Assembly: GCA_964270895.1 (NCBI GenBank)
Contig: OZ185437.1
Length of the DNA: 64,000 bases
Strand: one strand, 5' to 3'
From: Podarcis filfolensis
Taxonomy: Eukaryota
The translations under genes were made by a program, and so were the position numbers. The notes under the pieces are model-generated. The model was not told the DNA's origin and ran no database searches. It saw only the letters and a program-made list of their open reading frames with translations. Positions 52,922 to 64,000 of this stretch are shown piece after piece; the stretch's first letter is position 1, and each line of letters begins with the position of its first letter.

Positions 52922-54262
52922 TAGTATTTCTGCTCAAGGCCTCTAAACAAACTTTCATTGCACAACCTGAATTTACTGGCATGTGACTGATTCCCATCCA
53001 AAAATAACAATGGTTTGGAAGTGATCTTAGTTGCAATCAAATATTTCTCTTTCTCCATGAGTCAATGACATTACATGACTAGCATTTTTATACAACGTTG
53101 GCCTGTGTGTATTCATTTTCTTGTAAGACTCCAATCAGATGCATTGAGCTGTTGGATTCCAACAGTGAAATCTGCTGCCATCCCTCCTGCTCATGTTAAT
53201 GCTGCCACCATGCTGACACACAGGCCCGAAGCTAACCATGCTGTCAGGAGGGGTGATAGGATTTGGAGAGCAGGGGTTCATAGATAGGAGCTAGTGAGTT
53301 TCTCTTGTGAACCCTTAATAAATAGAACATTTCACTTTACCCTCCAATAGCATAACTCAAACAGTAGTTTTATGCTTGAGTGTATATAACTAAATAATGA
53401 AAGCTGGTTTAAGAAAGTGCCTTGATAAGTCTGCTCAAATTTGGGACTGAATCTATGCTCTTGTAGCTGTTTTGTGTTGTTTCAGTAACAAACAAAACAG
53501 AACCCAATGCAGGACAAACAGAAGAAAACACTCAATTACAATTTTCATTTCATAAGCATTTGCTATTATTACCCAGCACTTATGACTTTACAGGTTGAAA
53601 CATGACTTACACCCCAAAAATGATAAGCATGCTGGAGTAAAGTAGTAGTTTGGTGGCCCACTCATATCAGAAATGGGGCTGCCACATTTTCTACTAGCTG
53701 CAACTTCTAGACAGTCACTAAGGGCAACACAGTACAGGAATCTAACTTCTAGGTTGTCAAGACTGTCCTTGAGTCAAAGTAAAAAATTCAAACGTCTGCC
53801 AGACCAGATCCTGAAGCATTTGTTCCTAGCTGCTCTTCTTTTTCCAAAATGCCTGTGACCTGTTGCACTTCCATAAGGTCTTGTATGAATTTTCCCTTCC
53901 TTGCTCCCCATTTCCATGGCTATGCCAGCCAGCTGTCACCTTACTGGCAGCTGTCAGTGAGTTCTGGTGATTTCATGCTGTTGATATGCAACCCTCCCAT
54001 ACTTTATTCTAGACCAAAACCCACTGGCCATCTCATCTTGCCTCCAGTACATAGATTCCTGAGCAGATGGGCCAGAGCTACGCATTGCACACAAAGCAAA
54101 AAATGGGGTGACCAACCTTGTCTTGCCCCACGTTAGGGATATTATTTGCACATTACTTTCATTGAGTGTGCAATCTGCGTATCTGTTTGTGCAAATAGCT
54201 GAGCTATTTGTACAGTTATGCACCTGTAATGTTCAATGAGTATACAGTCTGGTTACATGTAT

Positions 54263-54498
54263 AGGTAAAGGTAAGGCGACAATGGGGTTGTGGCACTCAT
54301 CTCGCTTTCAGGCCGAAGGAGCCAGCGTTTGTCCACAGACAGCTTTCCAGGTCATGAGGCCAGCATGACTAAACTGCTTCTGCCACAATGGAACACTGTG
54401 ACGGAAGCCAGAGGGCACAGAAATACCGTTTACCTTCCTGCCACAGCAGCATCTATTTATCTACTTGCACTGGCATGCTTTCGAACTGCTAGGTTGGC
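54263..54498 (-). mobile_element. 5'-truncated Sauria SINE
   Basis: AGGTAAAGGTAAGG tail and core up to TTCGAACTGCTAGGTTGGCA; head missing. Confidence 0.85.
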
Positions 54499-56019
54499 AT
54501 GTATACATAACAACTGAGATGTGCATATCAACAAGTGTGCACTCTTTCCTATGAATACTTGGCTTATGTGCAGAGACAGCTATGCTCAGTTGTAAATGTG
54601 AACAAGCCTAATCCCAATGTGGGTTGAGGAGGCATTTGCTGTAGAGAATCAGTACTTAACGCTTCACCCGCTGCCATTTTGTCCTTCCTCCAACACACAC
54701 ACTTTGATCCTCCCCACAGTTTCCCCCCACTGAGCTCTGGGACCCACATGTCAGATCAATTTCTGGAGAGCATCTGCAAGAGAGAATCAGATGGGTTAAA
54801 TACCTGCTGTCCCCACATTATCAATAAGTGGTACACTTGTGTTTTGGAGTAAAGCAAATATTTGATGAAGTATCATATAGTCCAAAACTTAAAAACAATA
54901 ACTTTCTACCTCTTCATGCCCAAAAACTCACATGTAAATGTGGGCTAAGCCAATGGGTTTGGGTAAAGACAAAAATCTAACTGACGTCTAGATAATCATT
55001 GATATATGATGAGGCAGAAAATAAAACTGACCCTAATTGGCAAAATGAAGATATTGCCATTGGTGGCTTGTGGCAGGCTTCCCTGGAGTAACTGGTCTGA
55101 GAGTGTCCTGAAAGGGATTTCCCTTCTCTCAACTTTGCTGTATTCCACCGGCTGCATCTGAGAGGACAGGAGGTTAGCAGGGAAGCCATGGCGCACTGAC
55201 AGTGAGTCCAGCGGACAGAAGTTTGGCTCGGCTCTCAGCTGCACTTGAACGTCTGCTAAGCATGTGATGAAAGAGGGTTTTCAAGTGTGCCAGCTGTGGA
55301 AAGGTTAATAAAATATAACAAAACTAATTCAGAGCATTAAAGCTTCAGGCTTTGCTGATTTTATGCTTAAAAACAACATGTCAGACGAGTGGAGCTAACA
55401 GTTTGCCTTTCTCGTGTGCCTGCTTTCTTCCCATTTTTATGCTTGGAGGTCTTCCAGGTGGTAATTTTTGTCATCATCTATTTTGTCACCATATGCTATT
55501 GACCCACGCACAGCCCATGGTGCAAATGGTGGTTGTCACCTGTTTTTAAACCATGGTTGCCTTGTCCATCCTTGATAGAAACAGTGGCAGACTTGGGTAC
55601 TATGGTGCCCTGTGTGAGGCCAAAATTTGGTGTGTCCCTTCCCCTCCGCCCCAGTCCTCACACAACCTTTCCGAAGGTGGGTAAGTTTTGGGAAGGACGT
55701 GCAAGGGCCCAGAGCCCTTCTGTCTCCTTCCCAAACCCTCAGAAAGCACCAAGTAGGCTTTGGGAAGGAGGTGGGAGGACTCTAGGACCCTGTTATAGCC
55801 TCATGCCTCCTTCCAAAAGCCCAGGGCCTCGCTTATTGGGCTTTCAGATGGTGCCCCCTCGGCTCAGTGCCCAATCATGTGCACCACTCAGACAGCTCTA
55901 ATTCTGCCCCATTAGAAAACCACTTTACACTGCATATTGGATTCTTCAGTTCCCAGTTGTACTTTTCATCCTGCCTGCAAGGGGGTTGACCCCTCATTCT
56001 CCTCTCTTTGCACCATGAG

Positions 56020-56430
56020 AGGTAGTGGAATGGATACAAAAACTTATGGAATACGCAGAAATGGCGAAACTTGCCGGACGAGTAAGAAATCGAGATAACA
56101 AACTTTTTAATAAAAGAATGGAAATGGTTTATTTAATATTTACAGATAAATTGTAAACAGATAAGAACATTGGCAGGATTATTGTAATAACCTGCAGTTT
56201 TATAAGAGTATATATTGAAAGAAGATGAATAAATGAACAAATTAAGTTAATCTGGATATGCAGAGGGTTTTTAATGCAGATCAATTTAAGGAACCGCAGA
56301 AAGAGGGGGAAGGAAGTCAAGTTTTGAAATGTTAAAATGATTGTAAAATTAGTGAAATGTATAAAATTAGTGAAATGTATAAACTTGAAAAGTATAAATA
56401 AGTTTTGGAAAAAAGAAAATATAAAAACAA
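56020..56430 (+). mobile_element. L1-clade LINE 3' end
   Basis: EWIQKLMEYAEMAKLAGRVRNRDNKLF..WKWFI.YLQ resembles the squamate L1 ORF2 C-terminus; followed by an A-rich 3' UTR. Confidence 0.75.
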
Positions 56431-56437
56431 AATGATG

Positions 56438-56443
<6 letters not shown>

Positions 56444-56478
<35 letters not shown>
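56444..56478. repeat. (AG)n microsatellite
   Basis: AG run. Confidence 0.95.
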
Positions 56479-56482
<4 letters not shown>

Positions 56483-56564
56483 TGGAGCATCCATCCCTTC
56501 TTGCATTTGGACCATTCGCTATCTACTCAAAGTGTGGAGTCCACCCTTTCATATTTGTTGTCAT

Positions 56565-56784
56565 TAGGAACAGGGGAAGTGACTGTATACTGAGTCAGAC
56601 CATTGGTCCATCTAGCCCACTATTCTGTTTGCCTACTGGCAGCAGTAAGCAAAGCAGGATTTCAGGCAGATGTCCCTCCCAGCTGTACCCTGGAAATGCC
56701 AGGGATTGAACCTGGCACCTTCTGCATGTAAACCAGCTGCTCTGCCACTGAGCTATGCTTCTGCTCTGCCACTGAGCTATGCTT
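56565..56784 (-). mobile_element. tRNA-derived SINE with CR1-like tail
   Basis: gagtcagaccattggtccatctagccc tail; gggattgaacctgg...ctgccactgagcta head; 24-bp tandem duplication at 56737-56784. Confidence 0.7.
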
Positions 56785-56803
56785 CTGCCCCTAGTTGCCT
56801 TAG

Positions 56804-57129
56804 TGAAATATACTCGGAGTATAGAGTGGATTTCATGCTCTTTATTCAGCTCATAGTGGTGAGGAGGAATGAATGTTTCCCCAAAATATCTGCTTTATAT
56901 ACATTATCTACACAATGGGCTGCACATGATTGGCTAATTCTGGGATTCTCCTGTAGGCCAATCAGGTTGTGGATTCACTTCCATCTGGAGCTGGATTAGG
57001 TGGCTCCTGCGGACCAATCATACTGCTGCATTGTTCTAGGACCAATCAGACTGCTGCATTTTGGATCCTATTATTCCAGAACCAATCAGACTGCTGCATT
57101 TTGGATCCTATTCAACTCAGAACATAACA
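56804..57129 (-). mobile_element. Solo LTR (326 bp), CCAAT-repeat rich
   Basis: TG...CA ends, 5-bp TSD CTTAG on both sides; TATATAAA and AATAAA on the minus strand; tandem ACCAATCAGACTGCTGCATTTTGGATCCTATT units. Confidence 0.88.
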
Positions 57130-57334
57130 CTTAGTTTGTTGCAATCGCACCAATACAAGAGTCCAGAGACATGTGAGACCTGACTGAAGGTGGGAGGAAC
57201 ATGAGGGGGGAAATTCCCTATTTTATCAAGGAACAGCACAGGCTAAAATGTCCCTTCAACTCAGGAGCATAGTGACTGGATAAAACAAGACTGTGGCACA
57301 CTCTCAGTCATTAAGGTGGAGTGATCCAAAGATG

Positions 57335-57630
57335 GATCCAAAGAAGGTTGTTTTCTGCTGCTCCAGAGAAGCGGACACGGAGCAATGGATCCAAACTACA
57401 AGAAAGAAGATTCCACCTAAACATTAGGAAGAACTTCCTGACAGTAAGAGCTGCCGACAGTGGAATTTGCTGCCAAGGAGTGTGGTGGAGTCTCCTTCTT
57501 TGGAGGTCTTTAAGCAGAGGCTTGACAACCATATGTCAGGAGTGCTCTGATGGTGTTTCCTGCTTGTCAGGGGGTTGGACTCGATGGCCCTTGTGGTCTC
57601 TTCCAACTCTATGATTCTATGATTCTATGA
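57335..57630 (+). mobile_element. CR1 3' end
   Basis: LFSAAPEKRTRSNGSKLQERRFHLNIRKNFLTVRA (CR1 ORF2 C-terminus) and (ATTCTATG)n tail. Confidence 0.93.
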
Positions 57631-59061
57631 TGTGAATTGAGAAAGGGCAACACTGGAATCAGATCACTGGCTGACTCAGTCTGTTTAATTGGATTGTTGT
57701 AGCATCCCAAGAAACAGAAGGAAGGTTTTCCTACTAGTGCAATAATAATTAGGCACTAGGAAAACCACCGGGGGGGGGGGGGACTGTGTGGATAAATCTC
57801 TTACTGTGAAATGTAAAAAAAAGTTACATAAACATTTGTCAAGAATGGTTTTGGTGTTCCTGGGCTTGCTTCTGGGCACAGGCAGTGGACAATGCACCCC
57901 TTTTCATCTAAAAGGTCTGCAGTTTGAAAGTACAGGAAATGATCATTAATTATTCTTAGACATCCTTTGTAGATGTTGGGGTTGCTGCTCAAAGAGCATC
58001 GTTTCCCAATGCTAGACAGACAGGAGGACATTCACAGCTCCATGACCTCTACATAAAAACAGGAATGCAATGATTAATGGAGCACTTAGAACTTTCTGCC
58101 ACTGTGGCAGGGAGTTAGCAGGATTATTATTATTATTACTATTATTATTGCAGAATTGGCCATCTATATATTTAAAAGCCAGTTCATAACTTTTCATCCA
58201 CTCACCTAACTTCCCTTCATGGGTTGGTATAATTAAGGCTGCAATCCTATGCATTTACCTGGGAGTGAGCACTTTTGGACTCAGTTGGACTTCCTTTTTT
58301 ATATATATAAATAAGTTTTATTAACTTTCAATTACATATATCCAATATAAGCCACATTCTAACATTGCCAAATTCCAATTACAATTCAAAAATAAACCAA
58401 TTGATAAGCCAGTTATTCTTTTTGGATGGCCTCCCGCGTGCTAGATTTCAAGGAAAGAGAAATTCATTTAATTTTGCTTCCAAAATCTTATTTAATCCAA
58501 TTACATTTCAGGACTCAGTTGGACTTCCATGTGAGCAAACATGCCTGGGATTGTGTTGTAAGGCTCCCTGGCTCTGCCACCATCAGGGCCCCTAGTAGGG
58601 CAAGCGCTTTACACCTCTGGCTCTTGGAGTGGCTCAGTAGGAATTCTTGGGGATCAAACTCCCTCTGACCTCTAAGCAATAAGATGTCTCTGGTTGCCTA
58701 GCACCTTGTGCTATGTTGAACCTTTGCACAGTACTTATTTTTAAGGGGGCACACAGGCAAAACAAGCATCCCTCTGAGAACGTAGTAGTAGGAGGTAGAA
58801 TTCTTCAAGCAAAATTTTAATTTTGAAGTATCTGGCTGGGGGATGGTGGGTTTGCATTTACCTTTAAGCTTAATGAAGTTCCCAAGGGGTGTGTGTGTGT
58901 GTGTGTGTGTGTGTCTTTCCTTAACTTCAAAGCATTTAGGAAAACCTCCCCCCAAGCAGTTTAAACCTCTTTGTGGCTGGGCAACTCTCCTTCCTGGGAG
59001 GACCCTCTGACCCTGCGCCATCCAATTTAGTACAGAATTAGTTCCATGTACAGAAACACAA

Positions 59062-59427
59062 GGATGCAGGTGGTGCTGTGGTCTAAACCACAGAGCCTAG
59101 GGCTTTCTGATCAGAAGGTCGGCGGTTCGAATCCCTGTGACGGGGTGAGCTCCCGTTGCTCGGTCCCTGCTCCTGCCAACCTAGCAGTTCGAAAGCATGT
59201 CAAAGTGCAAGTAGATAAATAGGTACCGCTCCGGCGGGAAGGTAAATGGTGTTTCCGTGTGCTGCTCTGATTTGCCAGAAGCGGCTTAGTCATGCTGGCA
59301 CATGATCCAGAAAAACTGTCTGTGGACAAACGCCAGCTCCCTCAGCCTGTAAAGCAAGATGAGCACTGCAACCCCAGAGTGGTCTGCAACTGGACTTAAC
59401 TGTTAGGGGTCCTTTACCTTTACCTTT
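59062..59427 (+). mobile_element. Full-length Sauria SINE
   Basis: tRNA-like head with GGTTCGAATCC, (ACCTTT) tail, 13-bp TSD TACAGAAACACAA. Confidence 0.96.
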
Positions 59428-60540
59428 TACAGAAACACAACATATTTCTATGTGATCTTTAAGACTTTATTTTAAGGTTTTTTAATTTAAAAAAAACACA
59501 CACACCTGACTGAATTGTGAGTCTAGTGGCTAAGTTGCCTAGAATGAGAGCTTTAAATCTGTGGACTCCCACCATGGGTCCTATATGTATTGTGACAGTT
59601 CATTAAGTGGCCAGTGAAACACCAACATGTCACACATCCATCCTCTAACTCAGGCAGCTGTGGCTGAGTCCAGGGGCCCTGAAGACATACTTCTGATGTT
59701 GGGCTGGCAGAATGATAATTTATGCACTCTGCAATTCAAAGGGATTTCATGGCAGTTGTAAATTAATGAAATCGGAATGGTTGTGTGTGTTTTTTGGTGT
59801 GTTTTTTTTAAAAGGGGGGAACTTCTCATTTAATTGATTGAGTTTAACATTTAAAAACAAATAAAGAACTTTGGGTCAGTTATTTTTCCTCCCTCTTTTT
59901 ACAGAGAACAAGATAAATGAGATTAATGCTAGCAAGAAAGGGGGCGGGGGGGGGGGGGAGAAATGCATGGCTTTTGGCCAACACACAAAAAAACTGATTC
60001 CCTCCACGCCTCCTCTTTTATTTCCCCTTAAAAACCTGCTGTTAATCGCTGCCAAGGAAGAAGTGTAGTAACTTACTACAGATTTTGCTTTCAGTCAGGA
60101 TTTTAAAAAAGAAGGAAAAAGAAAACCCTGCAAATGAAAGAATCTCTTTAATCAGATAATTGACCAGCTGGTAATCTTAGCTCTTTTGTGACACACCAGT
60201 TGGCAGGTACAGTAGTACCTAAGCATGAGACTCTCTCTCCCTTTCCCTTCCCTTTTGGATACTTATAGAGCTCCTCTGTCTCATTCAGTCTCCAGGGATA
60301 TTTCCCAGACATTTTGAAGTCCTGAAAAAAGGGACAAGCTATCAGAGGTAATGACTGCCTATGGACATGCAGATGACACTACTACAGCTACTAAGGCATC
60401 ATGCATGGCGGGGTGTGTGTGTGGTTCCCATAAACAATTGTCTTGGCGCAAGGCTGTGTTGCCTCAAAAGGCATAGCCTGAAGTCATTTTATGATACCTC
60501 TTTCCTCACAAAAGTGTGTAAACCAGTATTGCTGTTCACA

Positions 60541-60914
60541 AGGTAAAAAATGGCGAAGGACTCCTGGACAGTTAAGTCCAGTCAAAGGCAATTGTGGGAT
60601 GTGGTGCTCATCTTGCTTTTCAGGCCAAGAGAGCCGGCATTTGTCTGCAGACAGCTTTCTGGGTCATGTGGCCAGCATGACTAAACTGCTTCTGGCACAA
60701 CAGGACACCGTGACAGAAACCAGAGCACACAGAAACGCAGTTTACCTTCCCACTGCAGTGGTACCTATTTATCTACTTGCACTGGCCTGCTAGGTTGGCA
60801 GGAGCAGGGACCGAGCAACGGTAGCTCACCCTGTCGCAGGGATTTGAACCGCCAACCTTCTGATCGGCAAGGCCAAGAGGCTCCATAGTTTAGACCACAG
60901 CATCACCCGTGCCC
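60541..60914 (-). mobile_element. Sauria SINE
   Basis: Sauria core and tRNA-like head on the minus strand; no clear TSD. Confidence 0.88.
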
Positions 60915-61118
60915 ATGATGGCATTGCCCTAGCACACCACCCCTTCTAAACCCACCTTAATTAAAACAAGGATGGGTGCTTTGCCTGTTTGACACTCTTA
61001 TGATCCTTTGCCCCTATTTTTACTGCTCACTGTTCTAAACTTAAGGCTCTTCCAGATGATCTGTTTATTCATTCTTATTTGCGTCCATAAAGCTTATGTA
61101 GAGCTTAAACTGCCAGCA

Positions 61119-61319
61119 GATCCACACCATACCATTTAAAGCACATCCAACACATATTTAAAGCATGTGAATTCTCTCAAAGAATCATGGGAACTGTAGT
61201 TGCTAAGGGTACTGGGAACTGTAGCTCTGTGAGGGGAAACTACAGTTCCCAGGGTTCCTTGGAGAAGGTCATGTGCTTTAAGTGTGCATTGGATGTGCTT
61301 TAAAGGTACAGAGTAGATC
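61119..61319. mobile_element. Palindromic MITE-like element
   Basis: Long imperfect inverted repeat: tttaaagcacatccaa...gggaactgtag versus ctacagttccc...ttggatgtgctttaaa. Confidence 0.7.
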
Positions 61320-62185
61320 TTTATGGAGCATCCACTGTCATTTGCCTATGGGGTAGCTATAGGATAATGAGCATTCATCCTGATTTTCTTGCGTGATGCT
61401 TACCCATCTTCCCCTTAATCCCTTGTCCATCCCATGCTTCTCAGTGCATTTCCTGATCACTTTCTGAACTGCAGATATAGAATCATAGAGTCATAGTACA
61501 TCCATGTACTGCGGGTTTTTGTTTTTTTTAAGTGGCTCTGTTGCCCTTTCATCCACTAATTGCACACAGCTCAGTTTTTTCGTATGCGCTGTAATCGCTT
61601 CAGCAAAGCATTGATGGTCTGAAGGTAACCTTAGAAATATTTCATATATTAAATCAGCAAACTAGTTCTGCTTTCATTTCTGTTTTTCACATTTTATTTT
61701 AACAGGTATCTGGGTACCCTAAGCTGCTATCTCACCAATGGTGTAGCATGGGTTGCTAGCATCCAGGGGTGTGTGGAGTGGGTAGGTGGGAGGAAGTGAA
61801 ATGGGTGGAGTACGCATGCGCATTCAACTGCCTAGCAGCGTCTGTGTCTCCCAGGAGATCGCAGCCACAGGGATAAGAAAATAAGAATCATTCCGTTGTC
61901 TATCTAGAGAGGGCACTTCCTGGTCTGCATGGAGAATCCATTTTCAACAGAGCCCAGTGGAAGCATGCAGCTGTATTGAGGCAGCACTGGGTGTTGAAAT
62001 TTTGCATCCCTAACAATTTTGTGCCCAGGGCAGCTACTCCTGTGCCCCCCATGCTACGCCAGTGGCTTTCACACACCACACATCTCCATTGGTCAACATG
62101 AGCAACATATTTTGTAATTCCAAAATCTCTAATGTCATATTTGGTATTCATTTGGGTGCTTAAATGGGTGCTTTGAACAGAAGAA

Positions 62186-62233
<48 letters not shown>
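62186..62233. repeat. (AAT)16 microsatellite
   Basis: Pure AAT run. Confidence 0.97.
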
Positions 62234-62234
<1 letters not shown>

Positions 62235-62901
62235 TCTTAAAGGGGAGGGAGGGGTGAGAAAAACCCACCACGGGGAAGGGATTCATCTTCATTCAAGGAC
62301 CTCAAACTCAAGCTCTTTGCCATTTTTGGATGGTAGCTTCCAGATAATGAGTGAAGTCCTGAAGAGGAGCTTAGGAAGTGCTTGCTAAAATGTAGCATTA
62401 CCACCATTGCAAAATATTTTCCTTCATGTCTGCCTTCTCCTTTTATTCTTTCTCTTCTCTTCATGTCCGCCGGCAGCTATGAATGAAATGTGGCGTGTTA
62501 AATGACTGACATCTATTAACGCTCCTTCACAAACTTTGTACCTTATATCAGAAAAAGCCTACAACTGTGTTTTTTTTAAAAAAAAATACTTTATTTTTGC
62601 AAAGGAAGAAACTAAGGGAGGGAGGGAGGAGGGAGGGAGAGATTGGAGGATAGTGTGTTCTTTGAATCTGACTCTGCTGAACCACTGCCAAATGCAGGCC
62701 GTTCCATTCAAAGGGCTGAGTGAATAAATGAGAATAACATCCTTGGGGACCTTCAGGATCAGTTTACTCTGAAAATGCTCAGCCTCACAAAGGGTCAGAG
62801 TCACAAGGTAAATGAAAATGGCTGGGAGGGGACTTTGATGGCCGAAACACTGTAACTGTAGAGGACTTGAAAGAAAATTGTATTTTTTAAAAAGGAGAGG
62901 G

Positions 62902-62933
<32 letters not shown>

Positions 62934-64000
62934 CTGAGGGGGGGTGGGAGACAGCAGGAAGTGACTTGAAGGGGGGTGGAAGCAATTGAAAAATGGTAAT
63001 CTAGAGAAACTTTTCGTGCTATTTTTTTCATATTTATGATTCAAAATTTTGCCACTTAGAACAAAATTGGTCAGCGGTGCCAGTGAGAAAGTTAGAAATG
63101 CTTTTCTGCATGACAAGACTTTCTTGGTGTGTGGCTTCTTTGGAGGGGGGGGGGACACGGACACAAAATGCATGATCTATTACTGAAGATTGGCTGGCTG
63201 AGGAGCTATAGGATTCAGCCAAAGCCTCACTATGATGGTGGGATGCCAGAGACAACTGCCACAATGGCGCATGATGCTGACAGCATGCCCCAATTCTGCC
63301 AGTGGAACATTTCCCCAGCAGAGCCATTCTAAGCTAGTTTGGTAATGTCAGAGGAATAGCTGAAAGAAGCCAGGTGGGGGTACAAGAAAAGAACCACATC
63401 TGCTGATGCTGTGGGGGGAGCAGATGCGTATTTGGAAATCCTGGCTGCCCACCTCTGCTGTAAAGCAGTGATAGTAGGGCAGGGCAGTGGGCAGGATGGC
63501 CTGTTTAACCCCTGCCCACCTGCTGCTTCCTCCCTGCAGGGCAAAACATCTGGGCTAAAAAGAAAAAGTGGTGAATGCATGAAGGATTAAGCACCCCAGC
63601 ACCTACTCACTAGCCACCCCCCTGAAAATTCCTGCCCACAGTTCATACTGGGGAAGACTGCTCAGGCTACCCAGATGTATGCTGGTAGCTTTGGTATGAA
63701 TCCTGTTTGGCTCTGCTTGTTTGTCTGATGGAAACTGGAAGAAGGCTGACCAATAAACTATATGTGGGGTGTGTGTGTTTGTGTTTGTGTGTGTCACACA
63801 TATGGTGCACATATTTCCCCTTGATAGCGGAAGCATCTTAGAAGTGTTTTGGGGGCACAGAAATTCTATACTGGTCTCCTTATCATAGACACACATATAC
63901 ACACAAATCCAGGACTTGCCAGCATGACACATAACTCTTAGTACATATGGTGGCAAGTGTATGGTCAATGGAGCTGCAATATTATTCAGATGCTATGGAA

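Noticed and set aside
56993-57115. CRISPR-like repeat array
   Set aside because: Two to three tandem ~38-bp units inside an LTR, no unique spacers, eukaryotic context.
59062-59140. tRNA genes
   Set aside because: All A/B-box sequences in the window are SINE heads followed by SINE bodies.
61900-63173. 130-aa and 204-aa minus-strand ORFs, or EYA4 coding exons
   Set aside because: The ORFs run through (AAT)n, (AG)n and poly-G tracts; no EYA4 peptide (e.g. MEDSQDL) was recognised in the window.

Overview
Vertebrate genomic DNA from a squamate reptile, judged from Sauria SINEs, a Bov-B tail and CR1/L2/L1 LINE fragments; a lacertid origin is my inference. The left end holds the last four coding exons of RPS12 (+ strand; exons 1-2 lie upstream of the window) with its three intronic snoRNAs SNORD101, SNORD100 and SNORA33. 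The rest is repeat-rich, with Tc1/pogo-type and hAT MITEs, SINEs, LINE 3' ends, two solo LTRs and microsatellites. The main unexpected signal is a chain of minus-strand segments from about 44.3 kb to 19.1 kb. They have canonical splice sites, mostly phase-compatible junctions and long reading frames broken by stops, indels and TE insertions. I read this as a large decayed (unitary) protein-coding gene convergent with RPS12; I cannot name it and the model was assembled by eye. Other notable items are a SINE with a twin-priming-like 5' inversion, nested transposons and motif-dense non-repeat segments that may be enhancers. No CRISPR array, rRNA gene or true tRNA gene was seen.
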